Notes: a model not told the origin generated them from the sequence alone. Shown: positions 51,763 through 63,213, counted from the first letter of the stretch. The stretch is DNA of 64,000 nt from Candidatus Latescibacterota bacterium (GCA_965219995.1 CBDCOX010000002.1:416001-480000); one strand, 5' to 3'. Numbers and translations are program-made.

Positions 51763-52368
51763 ATGATCGTGATTGTAGACTGTGGTGCGGGCAATCTGCG
51801 CAGCGTGCAGAAGGGATTTGAGCGGGTCGGTCACGCCGCGTTGATTTCGGATCGCCCGGCAGACGTGAACAGCGCCGACCGCGTGGTCTTGCCCGGGGTG
51901 GGGGCCTTTGGAGACGCGATGGTGAATCTCAAGGCGGGCGGCCTGATCGAGCCGCTTCTGGATTCGATCGGCAGCGGCCGGCCATTCCTGGGCATCTGCG
52001 TCGGTCTCCAGCTTCTTTTTTCCGAAAGCGACGAGATGGGCCGGCATCGCGGGTTCGGCGTTTTCCCGGGGAGTGTACGGCGTTTTCCCGACGGTGTGCG
52101 AGTCCCCCAGATCGGGTGGAATCAGGTTCGCATCCGGAGGCAGACGCCGCTTCTCGAGGGCATTCCCGACGATGCGTTTTTCTATTTCGTACATTCGTAC
52201 TATGTTGACCCGGACCTGGAATCCGATTGTGTGGCGACAACGGATTACGCGTTGGACTACACGTCCGTCGCGGGGCGGGGGGCCGCTTACGGCATCCAGT
52301 TTCACCCCGAGAAGAGCCAGGACCTCGGACTTCTTATCCTGAAGAATTTCGCGGAGCGGGTATGCTAG
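51763..52368 (+). CDS. hisH: Imidazole glycerol phosphate synthase, glutaminase subunit
   Basis: PGVG, GICVG, FVHSY, QFHPEKS. Confidence 0.96.
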   Translation: MIVIVDCGAGNLRSVQKGFERVGHAALISDRPADVNSADRVVLPGVGAFGDAMVNLKAGGLIEPLLDSIGSGRPFLGICVGLQLLFSESDEMGRHRGFGVFPGSVRRFPDGVRVPQIGWNQVRIRRQTPLLEGIPDDAFFYFVHSYYVDPDLESDCVATTDYALDYTSVAGRGAAYGIQFHPEKSQDLGLLILKNFAERVC

Positions 52369-53150
52369 CAAAGCGCATCATACCCTGTCTGGACGTCAAG
52401 AACGGGCGAAATGTCCGCGGTGTGAAATTTTCCGCGGACAGGGACGCCGGAGACCCCGTTGACCTGGCCCGCAGGTACGACGAGGAGGGGGCTGACGAAC
52501 TCGTATTTTACGACATTACGGCGTCGGCCGAGAAGCGGGAGATCGTGGCCGATCTCGTGCGCCAGGTGTCGGAACAGGTATTTATCCCGTTTACGGTGGG
52601 CGGCGGCGTCCGGACCTTTGATGATATCCGCACAATCATCGAAGGCGGCGCCGAAAAGGCATCCATTAATTCGGCCGCCGTTCGTACACCGGAGTTGATT
52701 ACCCGCGGCGCGGAGCGATTCGGAACGCAGGCAATCGTCGGATCCATCGACGCGGTACGCCGGGGGGGGAGGTCCGAACGTCCGGAATGGGAGGTCGTGA
52801 TCAACGGAGGAAGGACGCCGACGGGCAAGGATGCCCTGGAATGGGCGCGGGAACTGGTCGACAGGGGCGCGGGGGAGCTCGTGTTGAACAGCATTGATGC
52901 CGACGGTACGAAGGAGGGGTACGACATCGATCTGAACCGCGCGGTTGCTGAGCTTGTGGACGTTCCGATCGTGGCTTCCGGCGGATCGGGCGGGCCGGAG
53001 CATATGTATCAGGTGCTTCACCGGGGCAAGGCGAGTGCGGCGCTTGCGGCGTCGATCTTTCACTATCGGCAATATAGCATTCCCCAGGTGAAAGCATACC
53101 TGGCCAGGCGGGGTGTGTGTGTTCGGCCCCGTGTCAGGGTGGAGCTGTAA
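52362..53150 (+). CDS. hisF: Imidazole glycerol phosphate synthase, cyclase subunit
   Basis: [38 protein letters not shown]. Confidence 0.97.
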   Translation: MLAKRIIPCLDVKNGRNVRGVKFSADRDAGDPVDLARRYDEEGADELVFYDITASAEKREIVADLVRQVSEQVFIPFTVGGGVRTFDDIRTIIEGGAEKASINSAAVRTPELITRGAERFGTQAIVGSIDAVRRGGRSERPEWEVVINGGRTPTGKDALEWARELVDRGAGELVLNSIDADGTKEGYDIDLNRAVAELVDVPIVASGGSGGPEHMYQVLHRGKASAALAASIFHYRQYSIPQVKAYLARRGVCVRPRVRVEL

Positions 53151-54358
53151 TGGATTCTCACAAGACACGACCGGATGAGGGGCGTCGAACCGGGGATGGA
53201 TCGATGGGCGACTCCGGTCCGGGCGCGGCCTGCCCTGAGCGACAGGAGCTCTTCCGGGGTATCCGGCGTGTCGTGGTGAAGCTGGGGACCCGTCTGGTGA
53301 CGCTGCAGGACCGCGCGTTGAATCTGCAGCTGATAGATCGTCTGGCTGCCGACGTGGCGGAATTGCGCCGAACGGGTATTCAGGTCGCCGTCGTCTCCTC
53401 GGGCGCGGTGGGGGCCGGCATGGGACGGCTGGGCCTGGTCGAGCGGCCGCGACGCCTGGCGGCATTGCAGGCAACGGCGGCGGTTGGACAGGGGCTGCTG
53501 ATGAACGCGTACAAGCTCGCGTTCCGAGCCCATGACGTCCCGGTCGGTCAGGTTCTGCTGACGGCCGATGACCTGGACAACCGGAGACGTTACGTGAACG
53601 CACGGAATACGCTGGATTCGTTGTTTCGATTCGGCGCCGTTCCGATACTCAATGAGAACGACAGCGTGGCGGTTGAGGAACTCCAGCTCTCGGTAGGCGA
53701 CAACGATCGCCTTTCCGCGCTCGTCACGCATCTGGTCGACGCCGACCTTCTCGTCATTCTCACCGACGTGGATGGACTCTTCTCCGAAGATCCCGACCGA
53801 AACTCACACGCGCGCCTCATTGCCCGGGTTGAGGAGGTTCGGTCCGATATGATCGAAAGGGCGGGGAAAGCCGGCAGCCGGGTGAGCCTTGGAGGCATGC
53901 GTTCAAAGCTGGAGGCGGCGCAGAGCGTGACGCGGGGGGGCAGGCTGGCCGTCATCGCAAACGGCCACCGGACCGGACTGGCACAGATCATCGCAGGGTC
54001 GCAGGCGGGCACGTTGTTTCTTTCCGCGCGGAAGAGACAGCCCGGCCGGAAGGCCTGGATTGCCAATTCCCGTCGAAACGGCGCCGTGGTTGTGGACGAC
54101 GGCGCCGTGGAAGCAATCGTGAAACGTGGAAAGAGCCTCTTGCCTTCGGGTGTCGTGGAGGTGGTCGGCGCCTTCGAGGCCGGAGAGTTGATTGCCGTTG
54201 AAGACCGGCGCCGGCTGGAGGTGGCGCGCGGTGTGGTCAAGTACGGTTCGGATGACGTGCAGCGTATCCTGGGCAAATCAACCGGCGAGGTCGGTTCGAT
54301 TCTGGACGTGGAGACGGGAGGTGAGGTCGTTCACCGGGATGACCTGGTGGTGCTTTAA
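53150..54358 (+). CDS. proB: Glutamate 5-kinase
   Basis: VVKLGT, VSSGA, AVGQ, NENDSV, GDND, GGMRSK, C-terminal PUA domain. Start uncertain. Confidence 0.95.
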   Translation: MDSHKTRPDEGRRTGDGSMGDSGPGAACPERQELFRGIRRVVVKLGTRLVTLQDRALNLQLIDRLAADVAELRRTGIQVAVVSSGAVGAGMGRLGLVERPRRLAALQATAAVGQGLLMNAYKLAFRAHDVPVGQVLLTADDLDNRRRYVNARNTLDSLFRFGAVPILNENDSVAVEELQLSVGDNDRLSALVTHLVDADLLVILTDVDGLFSEDPDRNSHARLIARVEEVRSDMIERAGKAGSRVSLGGMRSKLEAAQSVTRGGRLAVIANGHRTGLAQIIAGSQAGTLFLSARKRQPGRKAWIANSRRNGAVVVDDGAVEAIVKRGKSLLPSGVVEVVGAFEAGELIAVEDRRRLEVARGVVKYGSDDVQRILGKSTGEVGSILDVETGGEVVHRDDLVVL

Positions 54359-54397
54359 GTTCATCGACGCAGCGATACTTCACAGGAGTTTGTCGAG

Positions 54398-54745
54398 ATG
54401 AGGTTCTACAGAGGAAAACGTGAATTCCTGTACGCGCCGCGCAGGAGGATGTACCGATTCCTCTGGGCGCTGCCGGCGCTGTGGTTCGTGTACCTGTTCT
54501 TCGCGGGAGAGAGCGGCTACCTGCAGATACGGGAACGGGGCCGGCAGATCGAGGGCATGCGCGGTGAGATTGAAACGGTAAGGGCGGAAAACAGGCGGCT
54601 GGAGGCCGAAGTCGAAGAATTGAAGAACGACCTGGCGATCATAGAGAGGATCGCGCGAGAGCGGTACGGCATGGTAAAGGAAAACGAAACGGTCTATATG
54701 GTGTATCCAGGAGCGCGCGACCCGGCCGCGATCACCCGGAAATGA
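54398..54745 (+). CDS. Septum formation initiator (FtsB/DivIC family)
   Basis: Single TM, coiled coil, IERIARERYGMVKENE. Confidence 0.88.
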   Translation: MRFYRGKREFLYAPRRRMYRFLWALPALWFVYLFFAGESGYLQIRERGRQIEGMRGEIETVRAENRRLEAEVEELKNDLAIIERIARERYGMVKENETVYMVYPGARDPAAITRK

Positions 54746-55524
54746 TATCGAAGACCGAGGGCCTGGTTCTGCGCGGTTACCGGATGAGCGAGAGCAGCAA
54801 GGTGGTGGTCATCTACACCCGTTCCGCCGGGAAGGTACGGGTTGTCGCCAGGGGCGCCCGGCGTCCCAGGAGCAGGTTCGGCGCCAGCGTAGAGCCGTTG
54901 ACCTGGGGAGCCTATGTTTTATATAGCCGCGAAAACAGAGATCTGCAGACGCTGAGCGAAGGCGATATTCTGTATGCCTTTGAGGGCCTCAAGAGAGATT
55001 ACAGGCGCCTTGTCTACGCAAGCGCGGTGTGCGATCTCCTGGATCGCCTGACACCGGATGAAGATCCGAATTCCCTCCTCTGCAGCGTTGCCCTGGACAC
55101 GCTTCGATGGATGGAGACGATTGACGAAGCCGCAGTTGAATTGCCTCTCTGGTATTTTCAGCTGAAGGCGGCTGCGGCGCTGGGTTACCGTCCCCATTTG
55201 AGCGGATGCGTGCAGTGCGGCGCGGGAATATCCGGAGGCCGGGTCTGTTTCGACGCGGGACGGGGCGGCACGGTCTGTCACCGTTGCGAGCGCGGCGGAA
55301 TCGGGGTTAAAATGCCCACGGTTCAATTCCTCGAGCAACTTCAGACAGCGCGTGCGGACCGGGTCGACGAGAAGGGGTTCGGGTCGATCGACATCAGCGA
55401 AGCGCGGCGCGTCTTACGCAGTTTTTTGTGGCGCCACATTGAGAACCGGGGCCAGGTCAAGTCACTGGACTTTCTGAATCGCATGCTGGCTGCGGAGTCG
55501 CCATCGGTCCCCTACGGAAGTTGA
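54742..55524 (+). CDS. recO: DNA repair protein RecO
   Basis: EGLVLR, ESSKVV, ARGARRPRSRF, CxxC...CxxC. Confidence 0.93.
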   Translation: MISKTEGLVLRGYRMSESSKVVVIYTRSAGKVRVVARGARRPRSRFGASVEPLTWGAYVLYSRENRDLQTLSEGDILYAFEGLKRDYRRLVYASAVCDLLDRLTPDEDPNSLLCSVALDTLRWMETIDEAAVELPLWYFQLKAAAALGYRPHLSGCVQCGAGISGGRVCFDAGRGGTVCHRCERGGIGVKMPTVQFLEQLQTARADRVDEKGFGSIDISEARRVLRSFLWRHIENRGQVKSLDFLNRMLAAESPSVPYGS

Positions 55525-55617
55525 AGACCGGACGGCGACAGGGGGAATACGAAGACAACAGTCTGATTTTCCGTCGATCCTGAAGTGGAACGGATTGGCG
55601 GTACGGGAGAACAGGCC

Positions 55618-58287
55618 GTGCTCGAGAAAAAGTACGATCCGGGGTCGGTGGAAGCAACCTGGTACACCTTCTGGGAAGAGAAGGGCTATTTCAGGCCGGA
55701 ATACCAGGCAGACGGAAAGGCCTATGCCATCACAATTCCGCCGCCGAATGTCACGGGAGAGCTGCACATGGGGCACGCGCTGCAGCATGCGATACACGAT
55801 GCGGTGGTGCGTTGGAAGCGGATGCAGGGTTACCGGACGCTCTGCCTGCCCGGCACCGACCACGCCGGAATCGGCACCCAGATGAAGGTGGAACAGCAGC
55901 TTTTCGCCGAGGAAGGAAAAGGGCGCCACGATGTTGGCCGGGAGGAGATGTTAAAACGAATCGTCGCCTGGAAACAGCAATACGGGGGAACCATACTCAA
56001 TCAGCTCCGGGAAATGGGTTGCAGCTACGATTGGGATCGCGAACGGTATACCATGGACTGCAGTTACGCCCGGTCGGTTTTGTCGGCTTTCGTGAGATTC
56101 TATGAACGGGGATGGATATACCGCGGCAGGCGGATGGTAAACTGGTGCCCGAGTTGCGGCACGGTCATATCCGATCTGGAGGTGGAAGAGCGGGAACAAG
56201 AGGGACACCTGTGGCATATTCGTTATCCGGGTCTTGAGGGAGGGCCGGACGTGGTCGTCGCCACGACGCGACCTGAGACGATGCTGGGAGACACGGGCGT
56301 GGCGGTGCATCCGGAAGACCGGCGCTGGCAGCGGGCGATCGGCCAACGCGTCGTTCTGCCGCTCATGGACCGCCCCATTCCCATCGTGGCCGATCGGTAC
56401 GCGGACCCGGAGATGGGCAGCGGTGCGGTAAAGGTGACCCCCGCGCACGACCCCAATGACCACGAAATCGGTCTGCGGCACGGGTTGCCCGAGATCCAGG
56501 TGATCGGATTCAATGGAGAGATGACCGGTGAAGCGGGGGCGTATCGCGGCATGGACCGGTTCGCCTGCCGAAACGCGGTGATTGCCGACCTGAAGGCATC
56601 GGGACTGCTTGACCGCATAGAGGATTACGAACACATGGTGCCGCACCACGATCGATGTGGCACGGCTATCGAGCCGCTGCCGATGGACCAGTGGTTTCTG
56701 GCTATGAGGTCCCTTGCGGATCAGGCGCTGCCCGCTTTGAAGAAGCAGGAAATCAAATACGTACCGGATCGATTCCGGGAGTATTCCATTGAGTGGCTGG
56801 AAAACATCCAGGACTGGTGCATCTCCCGTCAGATCTGGTGGGGACACCGGCTCCCTGTGTGGACCTGCGAGGGGTGCGGAAAAATGCTGGTTCGGGAGGA
56901 CGCGCCCGATTTCTGCGATGTCTGCGGGAGCCGGGATCTCACACAGGATCCGGACGTTCTGGACACCTGGTTCTCGTCGGCCCTGTGGCCCTTCGCCACG
57001 CTGGGGTGGCCCGAGCAGACTGAGGACCTGAAGGCGTTTCATCCAACCGACCTGATGATCACGGGCAGGGATATTCTCTACCTCTGGGTCGCGAGAATGA
57101 TCATGACAGCCGTCGAGTTCGTGGATGAGATTCCCTTCGGGACCGTACTTGTGCATCCGACCGTCCAGACGCGTGACGGGAAACGAATGAGCAAGTCACT
57201 GGGTACCGGAATCGATCCGAGGGAGCTGATCGACCGGTACGGAGCGGATGCCACGCGTCTTTCACTGCTTTACCAGTGCGGCAGTTCGCAGGACATCCGG
57301 TTCGACGCCGACGTCGTCGACAACCATTTGCAGGATTCTCCGATCACGGAGTCCTGCAGGAATTTCTGCAACAAGATCTGGAATGCCGCCCGGTTCGTGC
57401 AGATGAACCTGGAGGAGGGCGACATCCTGCCGGCCTCGCCGCATGTGGACCCGTTCGACTCCGCGGACCGATGGATACTCAGCCAGTACAACCGCACCGT
57501 TTGTGCCGTGACCGGATCGCTCTCGGCCTACCGCTTTGACGAAGCATCCAGGACCCTGTACGAGTTCGTCTGGAATGCGTTTTGCGACTGGTACCTGGAA
57601 ATCGCCAAGGTGCGGTTGAACGCAGCCGACCCGAAAGCGGGAGCGGCCGCGCGCCGCGTGCTCGTCCATGTGCTGGAGGGCTCCCTGCGTCTGCTTCATC
57701 CGATGGCGCCATTTATCTCCGAGGCCCTGTGGCAGCAGCTTCCCCGTTCCGGGGAAGCGCTGATTGTCGCGAAGTGGCCGGAGGCGGACCTCGGTCGATT
57801 CGACGAGACTGCGGAGCGGGAGATGGCGCTATTGCAGGAGGTGGTGGGTGCAGTCAGGAATATTCGCGGTACGATGCGCGTGCCGCCGGGCAGGCGCGCC
57901 GACGTCCATTTGAAGGTGAATTCGGTCGAGGTTGCAAACATCCTGAGCCGGTTCGAGGTCTACCTTGGCGCGCTTGCGAGGGTAGCGGACCTTCGCATCG
58001 GCGCCGATATCGCCCGGCCGCCGGCTTCTGCCAGCGCCGTGTTGAAGGATGTCGAGATCTTTGTGCCGTTGCAGGGGCTGATCGATCTGGACCTGGAGCG
58101 TCAGCGTCTGAAGAAGGAAATCGAAAAGCTGGAGGCGCTGCTGGGCGGGCTGGACCGGAAGCTCAGTAACGCGGGTTTTCTGAACAATGCGCCCTCCGAG
58201 GTGGTCTCGAAGGAAAAGGGACGCCACGCACAGTACAGCAGTGCACTCGGCAGGTTGAACGAGAACCTCGAAGCAGTGACGTCGTGA
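55618..58287 (+). CDS. valS: Valine--tRNA ligase
   Basis: PPPNVTG, HMGH, TTRPET, DWCISRQIWWGH, RMSKS, C-terminal coiled coil; GTG start after GGGAGA. Confidence 0.98.
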   Translation: MLEKKYDPGSVEATWYTFWEEKGYFRPEYQADGKAYAITIPPPNVTGELHMGHALQHAIHDAVVRWKRMQGYRTLCLPGTDHAGIGTQMKVEQQLFAEEGKGRHDVGREEMLKRIVAWKQQYGGTILNQLREMGCSYDWDRERYTMDCSYARSVLSAFVRFYERGWIYRGRRMVNWCPSCGTVISDLEVEEREQEGHLWHIRYPGLEGGPDVVVATTRPETMLGDTGVAVHPEDRRWQRAIGQRVVLPLMDRPIPIVADRYADPEMGSGAVKVTPAHDPNDHEIGLRHGLPEIQVIGFNGEMTGEAGAYRGMDRFACRNAVIADLKASGLLDRIEDYEHMVPHHDRCGTAIEPLPMDQWFLAMRSLADQALPALKKQEIKYVPDRFREYSIEWLENIQDWCISRQIWWGHRLPVWTCEGCGKMLVREDAPDFCDVCGSRDLTQDPDVLDTWFSSALWPFATLGWPEQTEDLKAFHPTDLMITGRDILYLWVARMIMTAVEFVDEIPFGTVLVHPTVQTRDGKRMSKSLGTGIDPRELIDRYGADATRLSLLYQCGSSQDIRFDADVVDNHLQDSPITESCRNFCNKIWNAARFVQMNLEEGDILPASPHVDPFDSADRWILSQYNRTVCAVTGSLSAYRFDEASRTLYEFVWNAFCDWYLEIAKVRLNAADPKAGAAARRVLVHVLEGSLRLLHPMAPFISEALWQQLPRSGEALIVAKWPEADLGRFDETAEREMALLQEVVGAVRNIRGTMRVPPGRRADVHLKVNSVEVANILSRFEVYLGALARVADLRIGADIARPPASASAVLKDVEIFVPLQGLIDLDLERQRLKKEIEKLEALLGGLDRKLSNAGFLNNAPSEVVSKEKGRHAQYSSALGRLNENLEAVTS

Positions 58288-58410
58288 AATGTTCGTATTC
58301 GGGTACGATCGGGCTGGAGGCAGTCGTGTGATGCGAAATTCCCGGCGTCCCGCCGGAAATGCGGGACATCGGCTGAGCCCTCGGCCCGATTCAGATTGGA
58401 AGTCTGCAAC

Positions 58411-60564
58411 ATGATGAAATCCTATGCGCGTCGCATCCTGCTCTATTGTGGGTTCTGTGTGCTGGTATACGCGGGCGTGGCGGGAGGGGTGGTACTGCGA
58501 TTCAAGGACGAGTTGCCGTCATTTGCACAGCTGGAGGAGGTTGAGCCCGCTCGAACCACGAGCATCATATCCACCGACGGCGCGGTGCTGAAGCGGTTCT
58601 GGGTCGAGAATCGGGTACCGATCACGTACGACCGGATTCCCGATACCGCAATATGGGCGCTGATCGCGACGGAGGATCAGCTCTACTGGCGTCATTGGGG
58701 CGTGAGCCTGCCCGATATCTTTCGCGCCGTATTGCGTAACCTGACGCAGGAAGGCAGTCTGAAGGGCCACGGCGCCAGTACGATTACGCAACAGCTCGCC
58801 CGGAACCTGTTTCTGGATCAGAAACAGACATGGACGCGGAAGGTAAAGGAGCAATTGACGGCCGTGCTGCTCGAACGGACGTACACGAAACAGGAGATCA
58901 TCGAGATCTATTTCAACAAGGTCCTGTTCGGAAACGGCGCGTACGGACTTCAGTCCGCTGCGGAGCGGTTCTTCGGCAAAGACGCGTCGGAACTGTCGCT
59001 GGACGAGTCAGCGCTGCTGGTCGGACTGCTCAGGGGACCCTACTTCTATTCACCGATCAACCATCCACAGCGCGCCGTGGATCGCCGCGATCTCGTACTT
59101 CGTCTGATGCGAAACACGGGCAGAATCACTCAGGACCAATACCTGTCCGCCACGCGTCTGCCCATTGTCTTGAAGGATACCGCGGATGAAGAGATCGGCG
59201 AAGCGCCGTATTTCACTGAGTACATTCGCCGGTACCTGGAGAACAACTACGGCTGGAATCTCCTGTACAAGGACGGCGCGTCTGTGCATACGACGGTGGA
59301 CAGTCGAATCCAGTCCATTGCCGAGGAGACCCTGTTAAGCCACCTTGAGACGGTGCAGAAACGGGTGGATGCGAAAAAACGGTGGAGCCGGCCGGATACG
59401 GCGTTCTGGGCTGGTATCGGAACCCGGGAAGACTCGCTGAGGGCCACGGTGGTACAGGGCGCGCTGGTCGCACTGGACCCCCGCACGGGCCATATTCTGG
59501 CGATGGTAGGCGGCCGCGACTTCACCGAGACCAAGTTCAACCGGGCCGTTCAGGCGCTGCGTCAGCCGGGATCGGCATTCAAGCCCATCATCTATGCGTC
59601 GGCAATCGCACAGAAGATCCCGCCCACGCGCCGTTATCCGGATACGGCCGTTACCGTGGAAATGTACGACGGCAGCTTGTGGCGTCCCCAGAACTACGAT
59701 CGGAAGTTCCTGGGCTGGATGACCATGCGGGAAGGTCTCGCCATGTCCAGGAACGTGGTGACAACGAAGATTCTGGAGGAGATCGGGCCGCAGACCGCGG
59801 TGCGCCTGGCGAAGCGGATGGGAATTACCAGCAGGATCCGGGCGGTGAAGTCCCTTGGCATGGGCACGAGTGAAGTGAAATTGATCGACCTCGTATCGGC
59901 ATACGGGACGTTGCCAAACGGCGGCATCCTGGTGGACCCGGTCGCCATTCTGAAGATCGCGGACAAGGACGGCAATGTTGTCGAAAGCCGGGTTCAGGGC
60001 ATAGAGCACGAGGCGCTCAGTGCGGAGGCGGCCGCCGTTGCAACAAGCCTGCTCCGGTCCGTCATGGATATGTACAAGCGGACGCCAAAGGGAACCTGGC
60101 GCGGAACGGGTACAGGCGCCCGTTCATACTACGGGTTTCGGCGGCCGGCGGCCGGAAAGACGGGTACCACACAAAACTTCGCGGACACTTGGTTTGTGGG
60201 CTTTACGCCGCAGATCGTGGCCGGCGTGTGGATCGGCTTCGACGATTACCGGGTTTCTCTCGGAAGCAGGATGTCGGGCGCGGTCGTGGCGCTGCCTGTG
60301 TGGGCGAAATTCATGAATAAAGTACATCGCGCACTCAATTTGCCCGAGGAAGATTTCGCGCTTCCGCCGGGCGTCGCCCAACTTGAGGTATGCGGCGATA
60401 CATATGAGGTGGCGTCCATATACTGCCCGACGCGATTGGAGGAAGTGTTCGTGCCCGGCGCCGAACCGACGTCTCCCTGTCCGGACCATACAGCGGCTGT
60501 CGTCCGGCAGCCCGACCTCCAGAAACAGGATCGGGAGAACGCGAAGCGGGCGTATCAGTTCTAG
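58411..60564 (+). CDS. Class A penicillin-binding protein (PBP1A family)
   Basis: Transglycosylase motifs ATED and GASTITQQL; transpeptidase motifs SAFK, SRN, KTGT. Confidence 0.95.
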   Translation: MMKSYARRILLYCGFCVLVYAGVAGGVVLRFKDELPSFAQLEEVEPARTTSIISTDGAVLKRFWVENRVPITYDRIPDTAIWALIATEDQLYWRHWGVSLPDIFRAVLRNLTQEGSLKGHGASTITQQLARNLFLDQKQTWTRKVKEQLTAVLLERTYTKQEIIEIYFNKVLFGNGAYGLQSAAERFFGKDASELSLDESALLVGLLRGPYFYSPINHPQRAVDRRDLVLRLMRNTGRITQDQYLSATRLPIVLKDTADEEIGEAPYFTEYIRRYLENNYGWNLLYKDGASVHTTVDSRIQSIAEETLLSHLETVQKRVDAKKRWSRPDTAFWAGIGTREDSLRATVVQGALVALDPRTGHILAMVGGRDFTETKFNRAVQALRQPGSAFKPIIYASAIAQKIPPTRRYPDTAVTVEMYDGSLWRPQNYDRKFLGWMTMREGLAMSRNVVTTKILEEIGPQTAVRLAKRMGITSRIRAVKSLGMGTSEVKLIDLVSAYGTLPNGGILVDPVAILKIADKDGNVVESRVQGIEHEALSAEAAAVATSLLRSVMDMYKRTPKGTWRGTGTGARSYYGFRRPAAGKTGTTQNFADTWFVGFTPQIVAGVWIGFDDYRVSLGSRMSGAVVALPVWAKFMNKVHRALNLPEEDFALPPGVAQLEVCGDTYEVASIYCPTRLEEVFVPGAEPTSPCPDHTAAVVRQPDLQKQDRENAKRAYQF

Positions 60565-60608
60565 TTCCCCTGCCCGCGCAGACCGCTCTAACCCGTCACG
60601 GACAATAA

Positions 60609-60643
60609 GAAACACCCGGCGAAAATATCGCCGGGTGTTTTTT
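60609..60643. terminator. Bidirectional terminator between convergent PBP1A and secDF
   Basis: aaacacccggcga-aaata-tcgccgggtgttt followed by further T residues. Confidence 0.85.
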
Positions 60644-60660
60644 GGCGTTCGGGTTGCCGT

Positions 60661-63213
60661 TTATGCTCTCGCGCGGCGGGAGGTCGCGGCTGCAGCCTCC
60701 TTGCGGCGATCCGCCGCATTCTGCCAGACAAGCACGAGAGGACTGGCCACGAACGACGAGGAATAGGTTCCTACGATCACCCCGATCATCAGCGCGAACG
60801 CGAAATCGCGAATGACCTCCCCGCCGAGGAGAAGCAGGCCCAGGACAACGAGCAGTGTTGTGCCTGAGGTCAGAACGGTACGATTGAGGCTTTCGTTGAT
60901 ACTCCGGTTGATGACCTCTGCCGAACTGTCTCGCCGGTAGAGCTTTCGGTTTTCGCGAATGCGGTCGTACACCACGATGGTGTCGTTCAACGAATACCCG
61001 ACGATCGTGAGCAACGCGGCCACGATGGCCAGAGAGATCTCTTTGTCCATCAGGGAAAAAACGCCCAGCGTGATCAGAACGTCGTGGAATAGCGCCACGA
61101 CGGCGGCGATACCGAACTGAATCTGCTTGAAGCGCCACCAGATGTAGAGCACGATCAGAACCAGAGAAACGAGAATCGCATTGACCGCGTTCTGCTTCAG
61201 TTCGCTGCCAATCTTGGGCCCGACCGCCTCCTGGCGCCTCAGCCACTGCGCGGGATCGGGAATGCTGGACGCGAATTCCGCCTTGAGCGTGTTTTTTATG
61301 GCGTCCGCCGTGACCGTACCTTCCGCTTCTTCCTCGACGCGAATCAGAATATCAGAGGCAGGTCCGAAGACCTTTATTTCGCTGTGTCTCAGGTCGCGTT
61401 TTTCACCCTTCACGTCAACGTCTTCAAGGGCATCCCGGAGGTTGGCGACTTGCACCGGAGGGTCGAAGTGCAACTCCAGCAGCGTGCCTCCCGCGAAGTC
61501 GATGCCGAGGTTGTAGCCGCCCCTTGTAATCGTGGAACCCAGACCGACCAGGATGACAAACACCGACAGCACGAACGCGGGCTTGCGCAGACTGAGGAAG
61601 TCGAATGACGGGCGGCGGAATATGGTCAGTCTGCCAATACTGATGGAGCTGAGTTGCCAGCGATTGATCGCAATATTGAAGAGGGTCCGTGTGACGAACA
61701 GCGCGGTGTACATGCTGCAGAGGATACCGACCATGAGAGTCAGCGCGAAGCCCCGGATCGGACCCGTTCCGAACTGGTAAAGCACAACTGCGGTGATTAC
61801 TGTGGTTATATTGGCGTCGACAATGGTGAGCAGCGCCCGGCCGTATCCGTCTTCGACGGCGACGCGAAGGGTCTTGCCGTTGCGCAGTTCCTCGCGAATG
61901 CGCTCGAAAATGAGCACGTTGGCGTCGACGGCCATACCGATCGTGAGAATGATCCCGGCGATCCCGGGCAGGGTGAGCGTTCCGCCGAAGCCGGCCAGGA
62001 TTGCCATCACAAACACGAGATTCAGGAATAATGCAAAATTGGCCACGAGCCCCGAAAGGCCGTAGTAGAAAACCATAAAGACCATGACGATGGCCAGGCC
62101 GATCAGCGCGGCCTTCCGTCCCTGCTCGATGGAATCCCTTCCCAGCGAAGGACCAACCGTCCGGTCTTCCACGATCGGAGCATTGGCCGGCAGGGCCCCC
62201 GCCCGCAGCACGATCGCCAGATCCTTTGCTTCCTCCAGGTCGCCGCTGCCTTCGATAATGGACCGCCCATCCCGGATTTTCGCGCGAATGGTAGGCGCCG
62301 AGTAGATCTGGTCGTCGAGAATGATGGCCATACGTTCTTCGAGGTGAGCTCCTGTCACCCGGGAGAAGAGCTTGATGCCGTCGTTCGTTGTGGTAAAGTT
62401 GATAATGGGCTGGCCCGCATTTTCAAAACTCTGACCCTTGGTAACCTTGGCGTCCTGGACGATTTCGCCGGTCATTTCGATGCGTTTATACAGATAGTAA
62501 AGCCGCCGGTACTTCTGCCCGTCTCCGAGTTCCTCCACTTCATTTCCCCACAGGAACTGGGTATCGCCGGGGATGAGTTCCACGATTTCAGGATCTTCAA
62601 ACAGGATGGCTTTTACGGTCTGAATCCTGTCGGCCGGAACGATCAGGTCTTCGCCGAGTGAGAGCACGTACCGCTTGATTGAGGGTTTTTCGTCCACGGC
62701 GTTCTCTTCAAAGAGGCTGGCCGCGTCCTTTCTCGTGGTGTCTTCCCCGGCGCGTGCGGCAAGGCGCGTTTCGATTTTGTCGAGTAAGCCGAAGCGGTCG
62801 GGTACCGGCGCGAGGATCTTGAATTCGAGGCGCGCCTGCGTCTGTATGAGGTTCTTGGCGCGCTCCACGTCCTGAACGCCGGGAAGCTCGACCACGATAC
62901 GCCACTCGCCCTCTCTATGGATAATGGGTTCGGCCACGCCGAACTGATCGACCCGGTTGGTGATGATTTCCTTGACGCGGTCCACAACGTCCGTCCGTTC
63001 GTCTTCGGAAAGACCGGTGGGGTCCACTTCGAGAACCAGATGGATACCGCCCTGGAGGTCCAGCCCCAGGTTGACGGCCTCCCGTTTGACGGCTTCCAGT
63101 CTATCGGGGTCCGCCGGCGGGTCGAAGTAATACCGGTACGTCGGAAAGAGGTAGTACAGAGCCAGCAGGATGGATCCGAGGATAATCAGGATTCGGACGT
63201 TATCTCTTTTCAT
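60661..63213 (-). CDS. secDF: Fused protein translocase subunit SecDF
   Basis: LGLDLQGG, GVAEP, VGPSLG, DANVLIFERIREE, GIDFAGG, GYSLNDTIVVYDRIRE. Confidence 0.97.
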   Translation of the reverse strand: MKRDNVRILIILGSILLALYYLFPTYRYYFDPPADPDRLEAVKREAVNLGLDLQGGIHLVLEVDPTGLSEDERTDVVDRVKEIITNRVDQFGVAEPIIHREGEWRIVVELPGVQDVERAKNLIQTQARLEFKILAPVPDRFGLLDKIETRLAARAGEDTTRKDAASLFEENAVDEKPSIKRYVLSLGEDLIVPADRIQTVKAILFEDPEIVELIPGDTQFLWGNEVEELGDGQKYRRLYYLYKRIEMTGEIVQDAKVTKGQSFENAGQPIINFTTTNDGIKLFSRVTGAHLEERMAIILDDQIYSAPTIRAKIRDGRSIIEGSGDLEEAKDLAIVLRAGALPANAPIVEDRTVGPSLGRDSIEQGRKAALIGLAIVMVFMVFYYGLSGLVANFALFLNLVFVMAILAGFGGTLTLPGIAGIILTIGMAVDANVLIFERIREELRNGKTLRVAVEDGYGRALLTIVDANITTVITAVVLYQFGTGPIRGFALTLMVGILCSMYTALFVTRTLFNIAINRWQLSSISIGRLTIFRRPSFDFLSLRKPAFVLSVFVILVGLGSTITRGGYNLGIDFAGGTLLELHFDPPVQVANLRDALEDVDVKGEKRDLRHSEIKVFGPASDILIRVEEEAEGTVTADAIKNTLKAEFASSIPDPAQWLRRQEAVGPKIGSELKQNAVNAILVSLVLIVLYIWWRFKQIQFGIAAVVALFHDVLITLGVFSLMDKEISLAIVAALLTIVGYSLNDTIVVYDRIRENRKLYRRDSSAEVINRSINESLNRTVLTSGTTLLVVLGLLLLGGEVIRDFAFALMIGVIVGTYSSSFVASPLVLVWQNAADRRKEAAAATSRRARA

